A DNA stretch of 64,000 nucleotides, taken from positions 3,217 through 67,216 of the forward strand of contig PBMO01000021.1 in the NCBI GenBank assembly GCA_002722595.1. The letters run 5' to 3'. Shown piece by piece: positions 18,135 to 27,870 of this stretch (the first letter of the stretch is position 1; each line of letters begins with the position of its first letter). Source of the stretch: Methanobacteriota archaeon (GTDB lineage: Archaea; Thermoplasmatota; Poseidoniia; Poseidoniales; Thalassarchaeaceae). The position numbers were made by a program, and so were the translations under genes. The notes under the pieces are model-generated. The model was not told the origin of the DNA. It ran no database searches and saw only the letters and a program-made list of their open reading frames with translations.

Positions 18135-19849
18135 TACTTACGCCCCCACATCTTTACACGCTTCACAACAGCAACTAATTGTTCCAAACTATAATTCCGA
18201 TCTTCAAACACGAATTTGATTAATACCGGATCACCAATCATTTTCTGTAACTCTCTAGCAGGCAATGCATCGAATTCATCCCTTGTTAAGGAATTCAGGT
18301 TCCTAACCCGTGATAGCAACACTTGTTTCACTTTATTCGCCCGGCCATAATAGCCATATCGTCTTGCATCTCCAAACCCGTAGTAAATGATACTGAACAC
18401 GTGTCGCCATGGTTCGGGATCAGTTTTCTTGATGATAACTGCCTCAAATGCAATAAATAGAGCAAGGAAAAGGAACAGCATAGCCATCCAATCATTTGTA
18501 AAGTAAACAAGAACGTAGTAAATTAGGTTGTACGTGTCACCCATTGCGCTAGTTTGTTGATGTCTACTTTCATCGAATATTACCTGTTTCCCGAGCCCAG
18601 ATGTACCATTAGTGGTATCATCTCCTGTATGCATTAGAAGTGACTCAGCAATTATATCCAATACCCAACGTCGATTGTCATTCATTGGCATTTGTTGACC
18701 ATTTAGTGCACCATATCCTTCTCGATTTGTTTCCTCCCAATCATAGATTGCATTCATCAGGATTGATCCATCTGTGACGAAAATTGCGCGACCCATAGGT
18801 GGCCCATTGGGTCCTTCAGCACAGTCAGTAATGAGACAAACTTTCACAACAGTGGTAAATGGCCCCTGTTCGTCACTTTCAACACCACCTCCCTCGAAAC
18901 CGACATCACCTCGTCCGTCATCATTCGTATCAAGATATGAATCTGGACTTGAGCCACCCAAGGCATACCGCTCGTTTTCTACATCTTCTGCAGACCCCTT
19001 GTCGAATGCCGATGGAGTATTCATTAGTACGTTGTAATTTGTACTAAAGTTCCAAGTAGTCATCCCATTTTCATCAGTTTCTACGTGATGTGCACAAAGA
19101 CCAGCTTCCGCTTCCCAATCAGGGGTATCCTGGGCATTGATTGAACTATCGGGGTCAGCATCCAAGCGATTAATGATACCATCACCATCACTATCAGCGA
19201 GACATGGATGATAACCAGATGTATCGATATCGTCATAAACATAAGGATTAGTCTCATTCATCCAAACATAGTTGTAATCGAGTTCACGTGCCCAAGCCTC
19301 CTCATCATACAGTTGATGTCCACTGTAACCCAAACCAAATTGCTCAGCAAGTCCCGCTGAATATCCAAAATCATCCATTACCAATATGGTTCCGCCAGAA
19401 ATGACATATTCGACTATAGCCTGAATTTCAGTAGTAGAATACCCTTCAGACTCTGCAAAATCAATAACATCAGCATCATTGGTAAATCTCGGAAGAGAAA
19501 TAGTATCTTGTTCAACACCGGTAACGATGAACACAGTATCTTCTGGATTCTCTAATTCGCCTAAGAGTACAGGACTAGAAATCATACTTGTGGTATCAAC
19601 ATCCATTGCTTTCAAATCTTCACGAAAGGCTGAAAGATCATCCCAATCATCGTCATATGCGGACAAATGTGGGTCACTGTCTACGAGATATGAATTAGCA
19701 ACACTCAATAGCAGTAAAGCGAGCACTGCATAGAATGCTAACATCAGCCCTGCGCGCCTAGTTTTGCGGGATTTCAGAAGAGATTTCAGGTCCATTGAAC
19801 CGAATTTCATCAGAGGTCGCCCCTCACATCCTTCGGATGTGTGAACCAT
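18134..19849 (-). CDS. Bitopic membrane protein with a large extracytoplasmic acidic domain, DUF4350-like, carrying a thrombospondin-type-3-like Ca-binding motif
   Basis: N-terminal TM (LMLAFYAVLALLLLSV) and a second TM near residue 455 after VIFDESRH. The DSDGDGIINRLDADPD motif sits at nt about 19150-19200. The DUF4350 assignment is from memory of DUF58/MoxR neighbourhoods. An alternative ATG lies at 19810. Confidence 0.6.
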   Translation of the reverse strand: MVHTSEGCEGRPLMKFGSMDLKSLLKSRKTRRAGLMLAFYAVLALLLLSVANSYLVDSDPHLSAYDDDWDDLSAFREDLKAMDVDTTSMISSPVLLGELENPEDTVFIVTGVEQDTISLPRFTNDADVIDFAESEGYSTTEIQAIVEYVISGGTILVMDDFGYSAGLAEQFGLGYSGHQLYDEEAWARELDYNYVWMNETNPYVYDDIDTSGYHPCLADSDGDGIINRLDADPDSSINAQDTPDWEAEAGLCAHHVETDENGMTTWNFSTNYNVLMNTPSAFDKGSAEDVENERYALGGSSPDSYLDTNDDGRGDVGFEGGGVESDEQGPFTTVVKVCLITDCAEGPNGPPMGRAIFVTDGSILMNAIYDWEETNREGYGALNGQQMPMNDNRRWVLDIIAESLLMHTGDDTTNGTSGLGKQVIFDESRHQQTSAMGDTYNLIYYVLVYFTNDWMAMLFLFLALFIAFEAVIIKKTDPEPWRHVFSIIYYGFGDARRYGYYGRANKVKQVLLSRVRNLNSLTRDEFDALPARELQKMIGDPVLIKFVFEDRNYSLEQLVAVVKRVKMWGRK

Positions 19850-19913
19850 AGACGATTATCCTAACCTTAAGACGGTTTGGGGGAGTTGGGTGCCTTAGTA
19901 TCAGCCAACATTT

Positions 19914-20156
19914 CTAACGATTTAGGTGTATGTCCTCATCAATCGTAGCAACTTCTTCAGTTGGAATCACCAAATGTTCACCTATCACTGACCATGGGAG
20001 TAAATTAGGATCTAATCCATCATCAAGCTCTAGAAGTAGTCCAAGAATATCTCCACTTGTATCATCTAGAAACAAATCTACCACATGGCCCAAGAAATCT
20101 CCGCGATTATCAACAACCCTGCGACCGGATAGTTCCGAAGAGAATGCTGCTGGCAT
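19914..20156 (-). CDS. PRC-barrel domain protein (80 aa)
   Basis: GRRVVDNRGDFLGHVVDLFLDDTSGDILGLLLE...VIPTEEV is the classic single PRC-barrel pattern. It starts 9 nt after the cdc48 stop. Confidence 0.7.
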   Translation of the reverse strand: MPAAFSSELSGRRVVDNRGDFLGHVVDLFLDDTSGDILGLLLELDDGLDPNLLPWSVIGEHLVIPTEEVATIDEDIHLNR

Positions 20157-20165
20157 AGAATCACC

Positions 20166-22391
20166 TTAGACGCTCTCAATTCCCATCAGGGTGTCCGATT
20201 TTCGCCGGATACTTTCCAACCCACTGGTCAGTAACCCCTCGAGTTTTGTGTAGTACTCAATCATATCAGGTGTGATAGTCGGCCTCACTCGGGCAATCGC
20301 CTCTTCAAAGTGCTTTTTACTGACGGATTTTCGTTCTGCCCTCATTGCGATAAGTGCAGCTTCCCGACACACTGCTTCGACATCTGCACCAGTAAAGTTC
20401 TGCATAGAATCTGCAAGACTCTCCAGGTCAAACTTGCCCAGTGGCATATCTTTCGCATGAATTTTCAATATTTTTCTTAGGCTGGCATGGTCAGGTGGTG
20501 GGATGTGTAGGACACGTTCGAATCTACCACTCCTGAGTAATGCAGGGTCAATCATTTCTGGACGATTGGTTGCTGCAATAACTATGACGCCTTCCATCGC
20601 CTCAACTCCATCCATGCTTGACAACATTTGATTCACAACTCTATTAGATACATCACTACCTTCTCCAGAGTTCGCAGTTCTAGCTCCTGCAATTGATTCG
20701 AATTCATCAAGGAAGATGATACTAGGACTGGATTGTTTCGCTTTCTTGAACACTTCTCGGATAGCCTTCTCTGACTCACCAACCCATTTAGAAATCAATT
20801 CTGGCCCCTTTACGGTGATGAAATTCGCTTTTGCCTCGTTAGCAATTGCCTTTGCGATTAGCGTTTTACCAGTACCTGGTGCGCCAAATAGAACAATGCC
20901 TCGTGGTGGTTTTATCCCGAAATGCTCAAATCGATCCGGCATAGTCAATGGCCATTCAACACTCTCCTTTAGGCGGTCTTTGACTTCTTCTAAACCACCA
21001 ACATCATCCCAAGAAACTTCTGGGACCTCAACATAAATTTCTCGAAGGGCACTTGGTTCAATTTCACGGATTGCCAAACGGAAATCTCCCATTTGGACCT
21101 CCATCTTTTCGAGTACTTCAGGTGGGATTTCATCTTGATCTAAATCAATCTCTGGAAGGTATCGGCGAAGCGCCTTCATTGCTGCCTCACGGGTGAGACT
21201 CATGATATCTGCACCGACGAATCCATACGAATTTTCCAAAATCCATTCCATATCAAAGTCATCCGAAATTGGCATACCTCGAGTGTGTATATTCACAATC
21301 TCTCTACGACCATTCTTGTCTGGAACTCCGATTTCTAGTTCACGATCAAATCTCCCAGGTCGACGAAGGGCTTGATCAATAGCATCAGGCCTATTTGTTG
21401 CACCAATGACAACAACATTATCCCTGCCTTGCATTCCATCCATTAGAGTCAAAAGTTGTGCAACAACTCTGCGCTCAACTTCACCTGAGACATCTTCACG
21501 CTTGGGTGCGATTGAATCCAACTCATCGACGAAGATAATAGCTGGTGCATTTGAAGCAGCCTCATCAAATATTTCTCGTAGTTGCTTTTCAGATTCACCG
21601 TAGTACTTGGAAATGATTTCAGGCCCATTGATACTAGTAAAATGTGCATTCGTTTCATTAGCAACAGCCTTAGCAATCATGGTTTTACCAGTGCCAGGTG
21701 GTCCATGGAGTAAAACGCCCTTAGGCGGATCAATACCTAGTCTTCGAAATAGAATAGGATGCTTAAGTGGTAACTCAATCATCTCTCTCACTTTGAGCAA
21801 TTGGTCTCCAAGTCCCCCAATATCTTCATACATAATTGACGATACTTCTCCTGATTCCTCATCCTCAACCATTTCCTCTTTGATTACAATTTCTGTATCG
21901 GGAAGGACTCTCACTATGCCCTTAGGCCGAGTTGACACGATTGCAAACGGCAATGCTTCTGCAAAGAGTGTCATTCCAGGGATAAATATCCTATCTCCTG
22001 CAACCACTGGTCGCTTGTTTAGACCTCTTCTAGCAAAGCCTTCAATTCCTGAACCAAATTTGACTTTCTGCTGTTTTGCCATTACTGGACTTAGTATAAG
22101 CCTCTCACAATCAGAAGCTTCAACTTTGTTGATAGTAACACGGTCGCCAAGGCCAACTCCGGCATTCTTTCGAATAATCCCGTCGATGCGAATAACGCCA
22201 AGATTCGCGTCTTCTGGCCTACATCGCCAAACGATTGCTGCTGTGGTCCTCTCGCCCTTTATCTCGATAACATCTCCAGGTTTGAGTCCCAAATCATTGT
22301 CAAAAGGGACTCTTGCCCGCCCATGTCCAACATCGCTAGGTATCGCTTTTGCAACTCGCAGAGATAGTGTCTTTTCTTCATCATCAGCCAT
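20166..22391 (-). CDS. cdc48: Cdc48/VCP-like AAA+ ATPase (double-psi-barrel N domain plus D1 and D2)
   Basis: Two Walker A motifs ([16 protein letters not shown]), two Walker B motifs ([16 protein letters not shown]) and SRH regions. The start is placed at [13 protein letters not shown], with GGAGG 7 nt upstream. The ORF opens at 22442. Confidence 0.95.
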   Translation of the reverse strand: MADDEEKTLSLRVAKAIPSDVGHGRARVPFDNDLGLKPGDVIEIKGERTTAAIVWRCRPEDANLGVIRIDGIIRKNAGVGLGDRVTINKVEASDCERLILSPVMAKQQKVKFGSGIEGFARRGLNKRPVVAGDRIFIPGMTLFAEALPFAIVSTRPKGIVRVLPDTEIVIKEEMVEDEESGEVSSIMYEDIGGLGDQLLKVREMIELPLKHPILFRRLGIDPPKGVLLHGPPGTGKTMIAKAVANETNAHFTSINGPEIISKYYGESEKQLREIFDEAASNAPAIIFVDELDSIAPKREDVSGEVERRVVAQLLTLMDGMQGRDNVVVIGATNRPDAIDQALRRPGRFDRELEIGVPDKNGRREIVNIHTRGMPISDDFDMEWILENSYGFVGADIMSLTREAAMKALRRYLPEIDLDQDEIPPEVLEKMEVQMGDFRLAIREIEPSALREIYVEVPEVSWDDVGGLEEVKDRLKESVEWPLTMPDRFEHFGIKPPRGIVLFGAPGTGKTLIAKAIANEAKANFITVKGPELISKWVGESEKAIREVFKKAKQSSPSIIFLDEFESIAGARTANSGEGSDVSNRVVNQMLSSMDGVEAMEGVIVIAATNRPEMIDPALLRSGRFERVLHIPPPDHASLRKILKIHAKDMPLGKFDLESLADSMQNFTGADVEAVCREAALIAMRAERKSVSKKHFEEAIARVRPTITPDMIEYYTKLEGLLTSGLESIRRKSDTLMGIESV

Positions 22392-22534
22392 GTAATAGCC
22401 TCCAGAGCAAAGGGTGGATTCACTTCCCCTCCTAAAACCCATTCATTTCTTATTCTGGTTAAACCCCAGTCTGAGGGTTAGTCTTCAAGCGCCGAGATGC
22501 GAGGATTCATGATGGGGTTTGCACTCGACGAGAT

Positions 22535-24163
22535 ATGGCGCACGTCCTCTCAACAGGTTTAGAATTCCTAGAGCATAGCAATCCAAACGACTTACCCTGT
22601 GTGAAGGGTTACAATATAATCAATGGAGAACTCAAACTTTCAAGTGATGGTTCGACATTCAAATCAGTTAACCCCGCATGGTTGCAGGATTGTTTGGGTG
22701 AATTTCCACTTTCATCAGAAGCGGATGTTCATGATGCACTTCATGCCGCACGTGTTGCATTCACAGAATGGGCAGCAACACCTGCACCCACACGTGGGCA
22801 AATAATTGGCAATATGGGTCGCCTTTTGATGGAACATAAAGATGACCTCGTTCGTTTGCAGGCACGCGAAATCGGTAAAACGGTGAAGGAATGTGGTGGA
22901 GAAATTCAAGAAGCAATAGACACCTGTCTCTTCTTCCAATCTGAAGGTCGCCGCCTGTATGGTCAGACTGTGAACTCTGAACTTCCAGATAAAGAACTAT
23001 TCACATATCGTCGACCCTTGGGTGTATGTGGAATAATTAATGCTTGCAATTTCCCCTCTGCAGTACCATTTTGGAAGATGATCCCTGCAATTATGTGTGG
23101 AAACACATGTGTCTGGAAATCTCCTCAGGATTCCCCACTTCTGTCATTTGCCCTCGCACGGATAATGCATGAATCTGGTTTGCCTAACGGAGTGATCAAT
23201 CTTGTACATGGTAAAGGAAGTGGTGCAGGGCAACACTTAGTTGATGCAGTGGATAAAGGCCTAGTCAACAAAATATCGTTTACTGGAAGTACTGCGGTTG
23301 GAAAGATGATTGGAGAAGTTTGCGGTCGAAATTTGGTTTCAGCCAGTTTGGAATTAGGTGGCAAAAATCCATTGGTTATTATGCCAAGCGCAAACTTGGA
23401 TAATGCAGTTGAAGGAGCATATTGGGCCGGTTTTGGAACAGCAGGACAGCGGTGTACTAGTTTAGGCAATCTGATTATCCATGAAGAAATTTATGATGAT
23501 TTCATGGCTAAATTGATGGCCAAAGTCGAAAAGACGACTATTGGTGATTCTTTGAGAAATGATGGTGTTCTTTACGGTTCGATGTTGTCAGAAAAATATG
23601 CTGAAGATTTCCTCAAAGGAGTCGAAATGTGTGAATCTAGTGGTGCACGGAAAATCTTTGGTAACGGACGAATTTCTAATGAAAATAAACCAATAGGTTT
23701 CCTTGGTGATGCTTCCGAAGGAGTTTACATGTGGCCTCATGTTTTCGTAGATGTAAGCGAAGATATGCAATGTTTCCATGAGGAAATATTTGGCCCAGCT
23801 ATTACAGTAGTCAAGGCTAAAAATTTCGATCATGCCTTACATTTGGCTAATGCATCACCCTATGGTCTTTCTAGTGCAATTTATACAAACGACCGCCTTG
23901 AGGCTTACCGGTTTAAAACAGGCATAAAGGCAGGGATGACTGGAATAAACAATTCTACAACAGGTGCTGAGGCACATCTTCCATTTGGTGGTGTCAAAGG
24001 GTCAGGAAATGGGACTAGAGAATCTGGTATTTGGGTAATTGAAGCATATTCTTACTGGCATGCTGTAAATGATGAATTAAGTGGTAAATTGCAATTGGCT
24101 CAGATGGACGTTGATGAAATTGAAATCGAAGAAGCAGAAGTTGATTGGAGTTCTTTAGCTTGA
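22535..24163 (+). CDS. NAD(P)-dependent aldehyde dehydrogenase family protein with acidic C-terminal extension
   Basis: ELGGKNP and catalytic FGTAGQRCTS motifs; EEIFGP is also present. Substrate cannot be assigned from sequence. Confidence 0.9.
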   Translation: MAHVLSTGLEFLEHSNPNDLPCVKGYNIINGELKLSSDGSTFKSVNPAWLQDCLGEFPLSSEADVHDALHAARVAFTEWAATPAPTRGQIIGNMGRLLMEHKDDLVRLQAREIGKTVKECGGEIQEAIDTCLFFQSEGRRLYGQTVNSELPDKELFTYRRPLGVCGIINACNFPSAVPFWKMIPAIMCGNTCVWKSPQDSPLLSFALARIMHESGLPNGVINLVHGKGSGAGQHLVDAVDKGLVNKISFTGSTAVGKMIGEVCGRNLVSASLELGGKNPLVIMPSANLDNAVEGAYWAGFGTAGQRCTSLGNLIIHEEIYDDFMAKLMAKVEKTTIGDSLRNDGVLYGSMLSEKYAEDFLKGVEMCESSGARKIFGNGRISNENKPIGFLGDASEGVYMWPHVFVDVSEDMQCFHEEIFGPAITVVKAKNFDHALHLANASPYGLSSAIYTNDRLEAYRFKTGIKAGMTGINNSTTGAEAHLPFGGVKGSGNGTRESGIWVIEAYSYWHAVNDELSGKLQLAQMDVDEIEIEEAEVDWSSLA

Positions 24164-24172
24164 GGGAACCAA

Positions 24173-24730
24173 ATGGAAATTACCAGAGAAACAGTTCGAA
24201 TTGCAATGTACATTACAGGTACATTGGTTTTGGCGTCATATGTATATGGTGTTGGAAAAATGGATGACCCAAACCAGTTATGGGGCGGGATTCCTGAATC
24301 TTGGCGAACGCTGAATGTGGCATGTATGTTTATTTCCGCAGCAGGTTTTCTGATAATGTGGTGGTTCTTTCTTTACAGATGGGATGTGGCAGCAGTTGAG
24401 TCGATTCAATGGCCTTGGGCTGATGGAGGAGTAGGAGGTGGCCACAGTCGTCTGTTAATCGCTTTCTTATTGGTCACAGTACCCTCTATGTTGTGGCTGG
24501 AATTCACATCATTGCATATTCGTACTGATGGGGCATGGACTCAATGGTTGGTTATCGGGACTCTCTCTTTGGTTTGCCTAGGAAACATCCTGCTTGGTTT
24601 ACTTGCATGGAGTGCCCACAAACAAGAGATTGCCCCTGATACAATTTGGCCTGTTTTAGGCGCAATTATGCTTGCAATCCAAGTGATTATTAACGATGGA
24701 ATCCTATGGAATCTGAAATATCCTTGGTGA
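24173..24730 (+). CDS. Membrane protein (5-6 TM), unknown function
   Basis: Hydrophobic, Trp-rich helices. It starts 9 nt after the aldehyde dehydrogenase gene. Confidence 0.65.
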   Translation: MEITRETVRIAMYITGTLVLASYVYGVGKMDDPNQLWGGIPESWRTLNVACMFISAAGFLIMWWFFLYRWDVAAVESIQWPWADGGVGGGHSRLLIAFLLVTVPSMLWLEFTSLHIRTDGAWTQWLVIGTLSLVCLGNILLGLLAWSAHKQEIAPDTIWPVLGAIMLAIQVIINDGILWNLKYPW

Positions 24731-24746
24731 TTGGGGAAGCAGATAA

Positions 24747-25559
24747 TCAGATACAATATGGGCAAGAAATTGCTGGTACGTAGAGTGGAGACAATAATTC
24801 CTCTTCATTTAGTGGTTCCCTGCAAGCGAAGCAAACCTCTGCACCTGTGACATTCAATTCAGGATCCACTGCAACTCTTCGATCGAATACAAAGCAATCT
24901 CCATTCCAATGAGCCCCACCCATTTTCTCGAAATAACCTAGGATTCCACCTTCTAGTTGACGTACATCACGAAAACCTTGGTTCAACATAACAACGCTTG
25001 CCTTCTCACACCTGACTCCTCCGGTGCAAAACATGACGACAGTCTTGTCTTTGTCTAAACTTGAATTGTTAACTGCATCAGGAAAAGTTCTGAAAGTTTG
25101 AATATCAAAGTCTACAGCATTTTCAAAACTACCAATTCTAATTTCGTAATCATTGCGTGTATCTAAGACTGTGATGTCGCGCCCTTCATCCATCCATTGT
25201 TTAAATTCAGCCGGAGATATATGGGTACCGGTGAATTCAGCGGGTCTGACCTCATCCATTCCCATTGAGATAATCTCTTTTTTTAGACGAACATTCATGC
25301 GACGGAAAGCTAGTTTTTCACTATATGAAATTCTATGTGGAATCCCGAAAAAACGCTCATCTTGCTCAAGATATTGGATAAATCCATCGATTCCTTTTTG
25401 ATCGCCGCAAAGGAAGAAGTTGATCCCCTCTTTACTCAGTAAAATGGTTCCCAAAAGGTTGTTTTTTTCACAAATATCTCGAAATGGTTGACGTAATTCA
25501 TCACGATCAGGCATATCCACGAAGCGATAACCTGAAATGTTCACAAATTGTTCAGTCAA
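24747..25559 (-). CDS. trhO: Rhodanese-domain tRNA uridine(34) hydroxylase family (TrhO/YceA, UPF0176)
   Basis: ISGYRFV...LLGTILLSKEGIN N-domain and rhodanese loop CTGGVRCEKAS. The C-terminus has Cys pairs. I place the start at the TTG at 25559, 1 nt after the thermosome stop with GGAGG upstream, giving MTEQFVNISGYRF. The ORF is open to 25670, and an ATG at 25598 is the alternative. Confidence 0.8.
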   Translation of the reverse strand: MTEQFVNISGYRFVDMPDRDELRQPFRDICEKNNLLGTILLSKEGINFFLCGDQKGIDGFIQYLEQDERFFGIPHRISYSEKLAFRRMNVRLKKEIISMGMDEVRPAEFTGTHISPAEFKQWMDEGRDITVLDTRNDYEIRIGSFENAVDFDIQTFRTFPDAVNNSSLDKDKTVVMFCTGGVRCEKASVVMLNQGFRDVRQLEGGILGYFEKMGGAHWNGDCFVFDRRVAVDPELNVTGAEVCFACREPLNEEELLSPLYVPAISCPYCI

Positions 25560-25560
25560 T

Positions 25561-27138
25561 TCAATCTCCCTCCTCTCTCCAGTCTGGCTCCTGTGCATCC
25601 TGTTTAGCCCATAACACATCATCAATTCGTAAAACCGAGATGGCGGCTTCTGTAGCTCCAGAGATTGCATGTTTTGTTACACTGAGTGGCTCGGTAACAG
25701 ATACTTCTCCCATGTCTGTAATTTGCCCGGAATTTATGTCTAAACCTTGCCAAGCTGATTTTGAATCAGCCTGGGCTGCAGTTGCACGAAGCAACTCATC
25801 AATTGGATCCAAGCCTGCATTTGAAGATAGTATTCGGGGAATTGCCTCCAACGCTGCTGCAAATCCTTCGATGGCCATTTGTTCTCTACCTGGAATAGTT
25901 TCAGCGAATCGCCGCAATTGTCGTGCTAAAGCAATCTGCGAGGCCCCTCCACCAGGCAATATGTATGGTTCACGAATCAACTGACAAGCAACACCGAGCG
26001 CATCATCAAATGCTCTTTTTGCCTCCTCAAGACGTAAATCAGTCGAACCTCTAAGCACCACGGTGTTTCCACTTTTGGTTGGTCCTTCTATAATTACGTG
26101 GTCAACATTATTCCATTTTTCTTCATATATACGAGAAAACACACCAACATCCTCATCATCAATATCTCCTAAATCAAAGATAGGTCGGGAGCCTGTTGCT
26201 CTACAAATGTCTTCTAAATCCTGCCTTTCAACACGACGATATGCTAGGATTCCAGCATCTGCAAGCATGATATGTGCATCATCTTCAATGCCATCTCGGA
26301 CAATCAAACAACTGATTTTAGCAGAAACTAAATCATCAACTCTTTTTTGCAAATCAATGTTTTCTCTCTCTTGAAATGCCTTGATAGCACCCAATTGAGT
26401 AATCTTGAGGTTGGCATCAATTTCCGGTTTTCTTTTCTCTAACCCTCCATCCAATACGAGAATACGCCCTGTATCGGGTTTCATACTCATTTCGCGATGA
26501 ACTCTGGATTTTGCCAATACAATCCCTGAAACTAATTTGCTACTCATTATCGAACCAGTCCTGTGTTTAATGATTCGAGTATCTTCAGGTATTCCAGTTC
26601 CTTCTCTAATTGCTGCATTGTGTGCAAGTTCTGCTAATACATTTTGCAATCCTTGATCTCCCTTACCTGCAAGACTTGTTATTACGGTGTTAAGTGAATC
26701 ATTACTAGTTGATTTACGCGAGATATCTTTCAATACTTTTTCAATTATCGGTAGACACATTCGATAGCCAGAAGCGATTGTTGCAGGATGGATTCCCCGG
26801 TCAACTAACTCTAATGCATTTACGAGTAACTCTGCGGTTAGTATTACTGTGGATGTAGTACCGTCTCGAACCTCATCATCTTGAGCTCTTGATGTTGAAA
26901 TCAGCATTTGTGCGGTTGGATGCAGTACTTTTGCAGTTTCTAAAACGGTCACCCCGTCATTAGTTACAAGTGTACTACCATCACTTCCTAGTAACATCTT
27001 GTCTAGGCCCTTTGGGCCCAAAGTACTCCTTACAGCATCAGCTAGTGCAACAGCGGCTTCGACATTATTCCGAAGTGCCTGCCTGCCTGCAACTCGAGAT
27101 GTATCCTGGAGGACACTGTCCTGTTCATGTTGCACCAT
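25561..27138 (-). CDS. ths: Thermosome subunit (group II chaperonin)
   Basis: LGPKGLDKML, VTNDGVT and ILPGGGA motifs are present. The start is placed at the ATG at 27138 (MVQHEQDSVLQDTSRVAGRQA...), matching the usual N-terminal length. The ORF opens at 27192. Confidence 0.93.
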   Translation of the reverse strand: MVQHEQDSVLQDTSRVAGRQALRNNVEAAVALADAVRSTLGPKGLDKMLLGSDGSTLVTNDGVTVLETAKVLHPTAQMLISTSRAQDDEVRDGTTSTVILTAELLVNALELVDRGIHPATIASGYRMCLPIIEKVLKDISRKSTSNDSLNTVITSLAGKGDQGLQNVLAELAHNAAIREGTGIPEDTRIIKHRTGSIMSSKLVSGIVLAKSRVHREMSMKPDTGRILVLDGGLEKRKPEIDANLKITQLGAIKAFQERENIDLQKRVDDLVSAKISCLIVRDGIEDDAHIMLADAGILAYRRVERQDLEDICRATGSRPIFDLGDIDDEDVGVFSRIYEEKWNNVDHVIIEGPTKSGNTVVLRGSTDLRLEEAKRAFDDALGVACQLIREPYILPGGGASQIALARQLRRFAETIPGREQMAIEGFAAALEAIPRILSSNAGLDPIDELLRATAAQADSKSAWQGLDINSGQITDMGEVSVTEPLSVTKHAISGATEAAISVLRIDDVLWAKQDAQEPDWREEGD

Positions 27139-27245
27139 TGACACACGCGAGATACCGCCTTGCCTTGAATCCGCCGCTTTGCAATCCTTCATATATGACT
27201 AGACACTGGCACTATACAACCGCGGGTTAAGTAGTGGGTGTTATC

Positions 27246-27869
27246 ATGAATCAAGATGACTGGGAAGAGCAAATTCTGAAGCAGATGGTTGAAATGTTCA
27301 ATAAAATGGGTCTAGACGTTGATGAGAGCGATCTTTCACGAATGATGGAACAGATTCAATCGCAATTCGAAAGCATGGGCGTGGACCCTGAAAAAATACG
27401 TTCTGGCGAGGTCAAAATCAATCTGCAGAGTGATTTTGGCAATCTCAATGAAATGTTTGGAAAGGGAGGAATGCCTGACCTAAGTAACCTCCTCTCCAAC
27501 TTGGGTGTTGATGTCCGTATGGGTGCAGCTCCAGAGGAAGAAGCAGTCGAAGTACAGGTAGAGGATGCAGAAGAAGGAGAAGTTAGCAAAGTTCCGGTTG
27601 CTGATATGTTTGTCCAAGGCGATTCGATGAATATCACAATTGATATTTCAAGACACGACGAACTTGGTTTAGATGATTTGGAACTAAATCTGACAGGTGG
27701 AGGTTCAACCCTGCAGTTGATGCGAACAACTCAACCACGTCCACTACAGAGTTTTGAACTCCCAAAAGCCGCTGAAAGTGTTGATGGTTGGGAGTTGAAT
27801 AACGGTATACTCGATATCACACTTAAATTACAAGACAGAGAGTCTTTAGCACAAGATGGAGGAAATTGA
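27246..27869 (+). CDS. Protein with a novel acidic N-terminal half and a C-terminal HSP20/alpha-crystallin-like domain
   Basis: The C-terminal [18 protein letters not shown]...[16 protein letters not shown]...[29 protein letters not shown] follows the sHsp beta-sandwich pattern (...F.LP...v......NGiL.I.L.k). The stop lies 1 nt before the dnaK ATG. Confidence 0.6.
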   Translation: MNQDDWEEQILKQMVEMFNKMGLDVDESDLSRMMEQIQSQFESMGVDPEKIRSGEVKINLQSDFGNLNEMFGKGGMPDLSNLLSNLGVDVRMGAAPEEEAVEVQVEDAEEGEVSKVPVADMFVQGDSMNITIDISRHDELGLDDLELNLTGGGSTLQLMRTTQPRPLQSFELPKAAESVDGWELNNGILDITLKLQDRESLAQDGGN

Positions 27870-27870
27870 A

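Noticed and set aside
15626-22391. Idea that Cdc48 functionally replaces MoxR for the DUF58 module
   Set aside because: This rests only on same-strand proximity. A 64-nt gap and the PRC-barrel gene separate them, and Cdc48 is a universal housekeeping unfoldase. It is kept only as a remark inside the DUF58 finding, not as a claim.
21607-22395. 262-aa plus-strand ORF (and several 60-106-aa ones) antisense to cdc48
   Set aside because: It lies entirely inside a gene with unambiguous AAA+ motifs on the other strand. The translation is low-complexity and S/P/I-rich with no motif, and no start context is present. This is a typical shadow ORF.
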